Source: Candidatus Nealsonbacteria bacterium (GTDB lineage Bacteria; Patescibacteriota; Minisyncoccia; Minisyncoccales; PWPS01). Taken from it: DNA of 32,258 nucleotides. This document shows, piece after piece, positions 27,265 through 32,258 of this stretch. Numbering within the stretch: position 1 is the stretch's first letter; every line of letters starts with the position of its first letter. The position numbers and the translations under genes are program-made. Location of the stretch: NCBI GenBank assembly GCA_003557645.1, contig PWNV01000004.1, positions 1-32,258 of the forward strand, given 5' to 3'. The notes under the pieces are model-generated. The model searched no databases. It saw nothing but the letters and a program-made list of their open reading frames with translations, and was not told where the DNA came from.

Positions 27265-29329
27265 TGATAAGATTCAAAAACTCTGCTTCGTTAATAATAT
27301 TTCTTTTTAAGGCTTTCGCCTCCTTAAGCTTGGACCCCGGATTATCTCCTACTACTAGATAGTTTGTGTTGCGAGAAACTGATGATGAAACTTTCCCTCC
27401 TAAATGAGAAATTTTTTGTTTCGCCTCTTCTCTTGTCATCTTCTCAAGACTACCAGTAATAACAAAAACTTTCCCATCAAACTTTTTTTGTGTTTTTTCT
27501 TTCTTTATTACTACTCCCACATCTTTTAACTTTTTAATGAGGTCTCTATTTTTTTCATCTTGGAAAAATTTAAAAATCTGTTTTGCAGTTTTTGGACCTA
27601 CATCAGGAACATTTTCCAGTTCTTCTAAAGAGGCACTTTCTACTTTTTCTAGGCTACCAAAAGCTCTTGCTATATCACGCGCAACACCCTCTCCCACATA
27701 AGAGATTGAAAGTGCTTGCAGAAACCGAGAAAGAGAGATGTGTTTGCTGTTTTGAATAGACGCAACCAATTTCTTGGAAGATAGTTCCGCGAAACGCTCT
27801 AGATGAGTTAAATCTCCTTCGTGAAGCATAAAGAGATCAGCCGGATCAGAGATGATTCCTTCCATTAACAGCTGATCAATAACTTTTTCTCCTAATCCAT
27901 CAATATCAAACCCTTTTTTGGAAACAAAATAACTAAGTTGTTGCCTTCTCTTTCCTTGACAGTTTTTATTAATACAGTACCATCTCGCCTCATCTTTCGG
28001 TCGCAAGACCTCTCCCTCACAAAGCGGACACTTTTTGGGGAAAACAATTTTCTTTTCTTCTCCCTTGCGAAACTCTTTTAATACTTTCACAACACGAGGA
28101 ATAACATCTCCCGCCCTTCCAACTATCACCGTATCTTTTTTCTTTACGCCCAAACGCTTGATCTCATCTTCGTTGTGCAGTGTAGCACGAGATACGGTTA
28201 CTCCTCCAAGAGAAATCGGTTCAAGTAAAGCCACCGGAGTAATCGCTCCCGTTCTTCCTATTTGAAAATGCACGTCGTTTATTGTTGTTGCTCTTTCCTC
28301 TAGTGGAAATTTGTAAGCAATCCCACCACGAGGAGACTTTCCAGCAACTCCCAATACTTCAAACAACTCGTTGTCATTTACAAACACAGCCACTCCGTCA
28401 ATTTGATAAGTGTACCTTTCTCTTTCCTTTTCCGTTTTTCTGTAAAAATGAAAAACCTCAGAGAGATCTCGACAGTACTTTTCACGATCCACTGTTTTAA
28501 ATCCAAGAGCACGTAGGAGAAGATGCTTTTCTTGGTGCGTTTTGGCTCCAAAGGGAGTCACCATTTCTTTTTCTTCTTTGTCCGCTACTAGGTTATAAGC
28601 AAGAAAACCAAGATTGCGGCTTGCAGCAATCTTTGGATCAAGCTGTCTTATTGATCCAGCGGCAATATTCCTTGGATTGGCGTAGAGAGGAAGTCCCATT
28701 TTTTCTCTTTCTTTGTTCTGTTTTAAAAACTCTTTTTTGGAAATAAAAACTTCCCCGTGAACAACAATACTTTTCCCGTCTTTTCTCCATCCAAAGCTCT
28801 GAGAAATTTTCTTTTCTTCTTTAGAAAAACTGCTTGGAGATCGAAGTCGTAAAGGAACTGCTTCTATGGTCTTCAAGTTTTGCGTTACATCCTCGCCAAT
28901 TTTTCCATCACCTCTTGTAGAGCCACTAACTAAAACATCATCTTCATAAACAAGCTCTACCGCTAAACCATCCACTTTAAGTTCACAAAAGTAATCTATC
29001 TTAACTTCGGGAGGAAGGAGACGTTTTATTCTTTTTTCAAAATTACACATATCCTCCTTACTAAAAGCATCTTGGAAAGAGAACATCTCTCTGTAGTGCT
29101 CTACTTTTTCAAACTCATCAAGCGTCTTTCCTTCCACTCTTTGTGTCGGCGAATCGGGAGTTACAAGATCAGGAAAATCGCTCTCCAAATCAAAAAGCTC
29201 TTTTTTAAGAGAGTCCAGTGCATCGGCGGACACCTCCTCTCTGTCGTGAACATGATAGAGATAGCGATAATGATTAATAACTTTCTTGAGATCTTCTATT
29301 CTTTTTTTTGCCCCCTCTTTATTCTTCAT
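27248..29329 (-). CDS. ligA: NAD-dependent DNA ligase
   Basis: ELKVDG, TRGDG..GEDVT.N, ANPRN.AAGS.RQLD, Cys4 zinc finger, HhH, BRCT. Confidence 0.99.
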   Translation of the reverse strand: MKNKEGAKKRIEDLKKVINHYRYLYHVHDREEVSADALDSLKKELFDLESDFPDLVTPDSPTQRVEGKTLDEFEKVEHYREMFSFQDAFSKEDMCNFEKRIKRLLPPEVKIDYFCELKVDGLAVELVYEDDVLVSGSTRGDGKIGEDVTQNLKTIEAVPLRLRSPSSFSKEEKKISQSFGWRKDGKSIVVHGEVFISKKEFLKQNKEREKMGLPLYANPRNIAAGSIRQLDPKIAASRNLGFLAYNLVADKEEKEMVTPFGAKTHQEKHLLLRALGFKTVDREKYCRDLSEVFHFYRKTEKERERYTYQIDGVAVFVNDNELFEVLGVAGKSPRGGIAYKFPLEERATTINDVHFQIGRTGAITPVALLEPISLGGVTVSRATLHNEDEIKRLGVKKKDTVIVGRAGDVIPRVVKVLKEFRKGEEKKIVFPKKCPLCEGEVLRPKDEARWYCINKNCQGKRRQQLSYFVSKKGFDIDGLGEKVIDQLLMEGIISDPADLFMLHEGDLTHLERFAELSSKKLVASIQNSKHISLSRFLQALSISYVGEGVARDIARAFGSLEKVESASLEELENVPDVGPKTAKQIFKFFQDEKNRDLIKKLKDVGVVIKKEKTQKKFDGKVFVITGSLEKMTREEAKQKISHLGGKVSSSVSRNTNYLVVGDNPGSKLKEAKALKRNIINEAEFLNLINEKNN

Positions 29330-29693
29330 GAGTTCTTCTAACTATCCAGATAGCTCTTCTGGTTCCTCTGTGCAGTCCTACAGATTTAATCTCCGTCTCA
29401 TAGTACCAGTCAATAAGAACCGGTCCTTCCTTTTCATACATATAATAAGTGTCTTCTGCAAGTTCATGTTCTGTGTCCCAATCAAGCTCGTCAAAACTTT
29501 CATCATCCCAAGAATACAGGATCTCTTCTATCCCTGTGTCAGCAGCGTAAAAAGCGGTTACCGATTCTCCGATATCTTCAATCATTCTAAGTTGACTGAT
29601 GAACATGTTCGTAGAGGAAAGTCCAAGAATAAAAAGCACTCCCATTATTATAATAGTAAAGTATAAAGCTGATCCTTTTTGTTTTTTATTCAT
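29319..29693 (-). CDS. PilX-like minor pilin (small)
   Basis: QKG|SALYFTII lacking Glu5; AFYAADTGIEE PilX_N-like motif. Confidence 0.8.
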   Translation of the reverse strand: MNKKQKGSALYFTIIIMGVLFILGLSSTNMFISQLRMIEDIGESVTAFYAADTGIEEILYSWDDESFDELDWDTEHELAEDTYYMYEKEGPVLIDWYYETEIKSVGLHRGTRRAIWIVRRTHEE

Positions 29694-29695
29694 AA

Positions 29696-30277
29696 TTAAG
29701 GGGTTGCAAAATCAATACCTCTTCTTGTAATAGTGGTCTGAATATCAAGCTCAAACCAGTCTTGATCTTCCTCTTTTGCGGTAAAGAGAACTGTTATCGA
29801 CGGTTGTATTTTATTAATATCCTTTTCTGCTTTTCCCTGATCTTCTTCTGGGTCTATAATCGTTCTAATCTGAAAGTTTTCAATAACGATATTAGAGGAT
29901 GTCAAAAATCCTTCCACTGTTTCTTCCCCCTCAATCACTATTTTCACTCTCTCATCTTCCTCAAAAAAACTAATACACCTCCCTTGATAATCGAAGAATT
30001 TCAATACTTCATTTTCTAGATTGTAAGTATAATCCTCGTATCCAATACAACTTCCATCGATGTCTTTTCTTGCCATTCTTGCTAGTCTGCTTATGTACTC
30101 CATCGCATAGTTTATCTCTCCCAGATTTCTTTGTGTAGTGAAAATTCTTTGTTTTACTCGAAGATTGGTAATAAGTGTTCCTGTAAGCATTACGATTATA
30201 AGTGAAAATATAAACATCGACACCAGCACCTCTACTAGCGTTATTCCTTTTTCATTTTGAAATATTTTCTTAGTCAT
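29696..30277 (-). CDS. PilW/GspJ-like minor pilin
   Basis: EKG|ITLVEVLV class III signal; third position in cluster. Confidence 0.8.
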   Translation of the reverse strand: MTKKIFQNEKGITLVEVLVSMFIFSLIIVMLTGTLITNLRVKQRIFTTQRNLGEINYAMEYISRLARMARKDIDGSCIGYEDYTYNLENEVLKFFDYQGRCISFFEEDERVKIVIEGEETVEGFLTSSNIVIENFQIRTIIDPEEDQGKAEKDINKIQPSITVLFTAKEEDQDWFELDIQTTITRRGIDFATP

Positions 30278-30779
30278 ACCATCTGTATAATTTAAGGTAA
30301 GCCTCTCTTCTCTCTTCTTCTCCTCTTTCTTCCCAAAAAACAGTGACCGTTACAAGTAAATAATCTTCTTCTGCGGTTTCTACTCTCTCAACATTTACTT
30401 CTCTTCTAAATCCAGAGTAATCTCCTGCGTCGTCGTGGCTGAAGAGACCGTCTCCATCAACGTAAAGCCTAAAAAAGTTAGCTCCTAAACCACCTTCAAT
30501 TTCTTCAGAGTTGTAATCAATTCTTCCTGTTCCCTCCATCTCGTCTACTATATCTTCCCACCCCTTCCCTTGAAGCCATCCCGAATCCCTAACTCTTCTA
30601 ACAGATTCAACCCCCTCTTGTGTTAGGTAAGAAGCTGTTAACTTATCAGCTAAAGGCATCGTAGATGTAAAAGCACTGGTAATCATGGCAACAGAAGCCA
30701 CCACTCCCGTGGAGATCACGCCAATAACAACTAAAAGCTCGATAAAAGTAAGTCCTTTTTGTAGTTTTTTTAATCTCAT
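30270..30779 (-). CDS. PilV/GspI-like minor pilin
   Basis: QKG|LTFIELLV; A.YL.QEGVE.VR; VTVTVFW. Confidence 0.8.
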   Translation of the reverse strand: MRLKKLQKGLTFIELLVVIGVISTGVVASVAMITSAFTSTMPLADKLTASYLTQEGVESVRRVRDSGWLQGKGWEDIVDEMEGTGRIDYNSEEIEGGLGANFFRLYVDGDGLFSHDDAGDYSGFRREVNVERVETAEEDYLLVTVTVFWEERGEEERREAYLKLYRWYD

Positions 30780-31315
30780 AGATGCTTAATGCTTACAAGG
30801 CCGACACTATTAACAATGATAATCATCTTAGGATCGTTTTCATAAGCATACCCTATCTCTATCTCAACTTCATCTACTTCTTCTTCGCTAAAGCGCACCG
30901 TCGGATCAGGAGGAGAAAAAGTAACCTCTAACGGATCTTCTGGTGAGAACACAACAACTTCTCTCTCCAGTTCTTTTTTTCTAATTATAACTCTTCTTAT
31001 CTCCTCATCTCCGCCACCAGTTGGAACTATTCGAGTTTCTGCAAACAATTCATAATTATCACTCTCAAACCTTATTCCGTATCTTCTCCCAGGAACAAAG
31101 TCATACAAATTCTCATCTATCTCAAAATCAACCTCTTTAGCAGAGATTGACATACCTCTTACTCTTTCTATCTCTTTTGCTATATTATTTACTTCTTCTT
31201 CCAAGAAAATATTTCTATTAAAAATCCCATAACCAGGAAAAACAAGCACCGAAACAATTGCTATTATCCCTATAGCTACCATTAACTCTATAATACTAAA
31301 TCCTTTTGTGCTCAT
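30776..31315 (-). CDS. FimT/FimU/GspH-like minor pilin
   Basis: TKG|FSIIELMV; C-terminal I.VN..G.V. Confidence 0.8.
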   Translation of the reverse strand: MSTKGFSIIELMVAIGIIAIVSVLVFPGYGIFNRNIFLEEEVNNIAKEIERVRGMSISAKEVDFEIDENLYDFVPGRRYGIRFESDNYELFAETRIVPTGGGDEEIRRVIIRKKELEREVVVFSPEDPLEVTFSPPDPTVRFSEEEVDEVEIEIGYAYENDPKMIIIVNSVGLVSIKHL

Positions 31316-32082
31316 ATAATAAAACTAAAATACCAATCTACTAAAAAATCTCCAAAAAAATAGGAAAGAATTGTACCGGTAATAAGAAAGGGTCCAAAAG
31401 GTATCTCACTTTTCATTCCCTTTTTTTTCAGTGTTAATAAGATTAATCCTATTATAGCACCAAGAGAAAAAGAAAGAAAAAGGCCAACGATGATTTCAGG
31501 AAATCCAAGGAAAAGACCCATGAAAATAACATATTTAACATCACCAAACCCCATCCCTTTTCCTTTAGAGAGATAGAAAATAAGAAAAAAGAATACAAAC
31601 GCTCCCAGAGCGGAAAAAACAGGATAAAGAAGATTATTTACATCTCCTTCTGTGAAAAAATGGAAAAAGCGATAAAGGAGAGCTATTCCTATAAGAGAGA
31701 AAACGGCAAAATCAGGAATAATATAATACTTTAAATCATAGACAAAAACAAAGGAAAGCAAAGACAGAACAAAAAACAAATAGAAAAGTGTAGCAAGAGA
31801 AAGTGCAGGAACGATAAATAAATAAGAAGACAGAAAAACCAACCCAACAGCAAGCTCTACCAGAGGATACTGTACTGATATTTTTTCTTTACAATACCGG
31901 CATCTTCCAAATAAAAAAACCCAACTTAAAAGAGGAACCAGGTCCTTGGCAAAAAGACTGTGCCTACAGTGAGGACAAAAAGATGTGCCTCTCATGCTTT
32001 GCTCGGTATAAACGCGATAAACGGCACAATTAATAAATGAACCGATGGCAAGTCCTAGTAAAAAAACAAATAGAAAATCCAT
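31312..32082 (-). CDS. pilD: Prepilin peptidase / N-methyltransferase
   Basis: GSFIN...YR, CPHC...CRYC, YDLK, GMGFGDVK, IPFGPF; likely start ATG 32082. Confidence 0.96.
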   Translation of the reverse strand: MDFLFVFLLGLAIGSFINCAVYRVYTEQSMRGTSFCPHCRHSLFAKDLVPLLSWVFLFGRCRYCKEKISVQYPLVELAVGLVFLSSYLFIVPALSLATLFYLFFVLSLLSFVFVYDLKYYIIPDFAVFSLIGIALLYRFFHFFTEGDVNNLLYPVFSALGAFVFFFLIFYLSKGKGMGFGDVKYVIFMGLFLGFPEIIVGLFLSFSLGAIIGLILLTLKKKGMKSEIPFGPFLITGTILSYFFGDFLVDWYFSFII

Positions 32083-32088
32083 ATCACA

Positions 32089-32117
32089 AGAATAACAAAA
32101 AAACACTGCCTCTTCAA
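32089..32117 (-). promoter_or_regulatory. pilD operon promoter, leaderless configuration
   Basis: TTGAAG, 17 nt, TATTCT with TG extension, 6 nt, ATG(32082). Confidence 0.65.
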
Positions 32118-32129
32118 TAGAAGGGCAGT
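32097..32129 (-). terminator. Intrinsic terminator after the partial PKD gene
   Basis: ACTGCCCTTC-TATT-GAAGAGGCAGT followed by G and seven T on the minus strand. Confidence 0.8.
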
Positions 32130-32136
32130 ATCTCTC

Positions 32137-32181
32137 TTAGAAAGGATCCACTTCTCTCCAGTCATCGGGAGGTGGTGGACG
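32137..32181 (-). repeat. Conserved C-terminal tail, copy 2
   Basis: 38/45 nt identical to 1074-1118. Confidence 0.9.
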
Positions 32182-32258
32182 AACGCTAACTGTCTGTGTG
32201 TTTTCGCAGGATTCAGTTGCACTTGAAACCTCCAGTGTCACTTCTTTGTCTCCTTCTC
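32137..32258 (-). CDS. Partial (3' end only) PKD-domain protein with WREVDPF tail; absent from ORF track
   Basis: Manual translation ...EGDKEVTLEVSSATESCENTQTVSVRPPPPDDWREVDPF*, homologous to the end of 1074-2102. Confidence 0.85.
   Translation of the reverse strand, partial: EGDKEVTLEVSSATESCENTQTVSVRPPPPDDWREVDPF

Overview
Gene-dense, AT-rich bacterial chromosomal segment in genetic code 11 (TGA is a stop). Compact RpoB/RpoC unlinked from rplKAJL, a secG-orphan SBP pair, SD-less starts and many pilins suggest Patescibacteria/CPR, probably Parcubacteria-like (inference). Content: DUF5320-DUF134, a secreted repeat/FN3/PKD protein, lemA-htpX-zinc ribbon-tRNA-Ser, groESL with CIRCE, holin-like-secG-SBP-tRNA-Leu-rnj-trpS, phosphomannomutase, ychF-rpsF-ssb-rpsR, ftsK-recA, rpoBC and pilD-four minor pilins-ligA-rodA. 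No CRISPR, IS or prophage was seen. Main leads: (1) two PKD-domain genes 31 kb apart end in the same tail, VRPPxPDDWREVDPF, resembling the PilC/PilY1 C-terminal WREV motif, and one lies just upstream of the pilD/minor-pilin operon, suggesting interchangeable type IV pilus tip adhesins; (2) six transcription units look leaderless or nearly so; (3) both tRNAs start 0-1 nt after a stop codon inside protein operons; (4) a perfect palindrome fills the DUF5320-DUF134 promoter spacer. All family calls are by-eye motif recognition; no searches were run.
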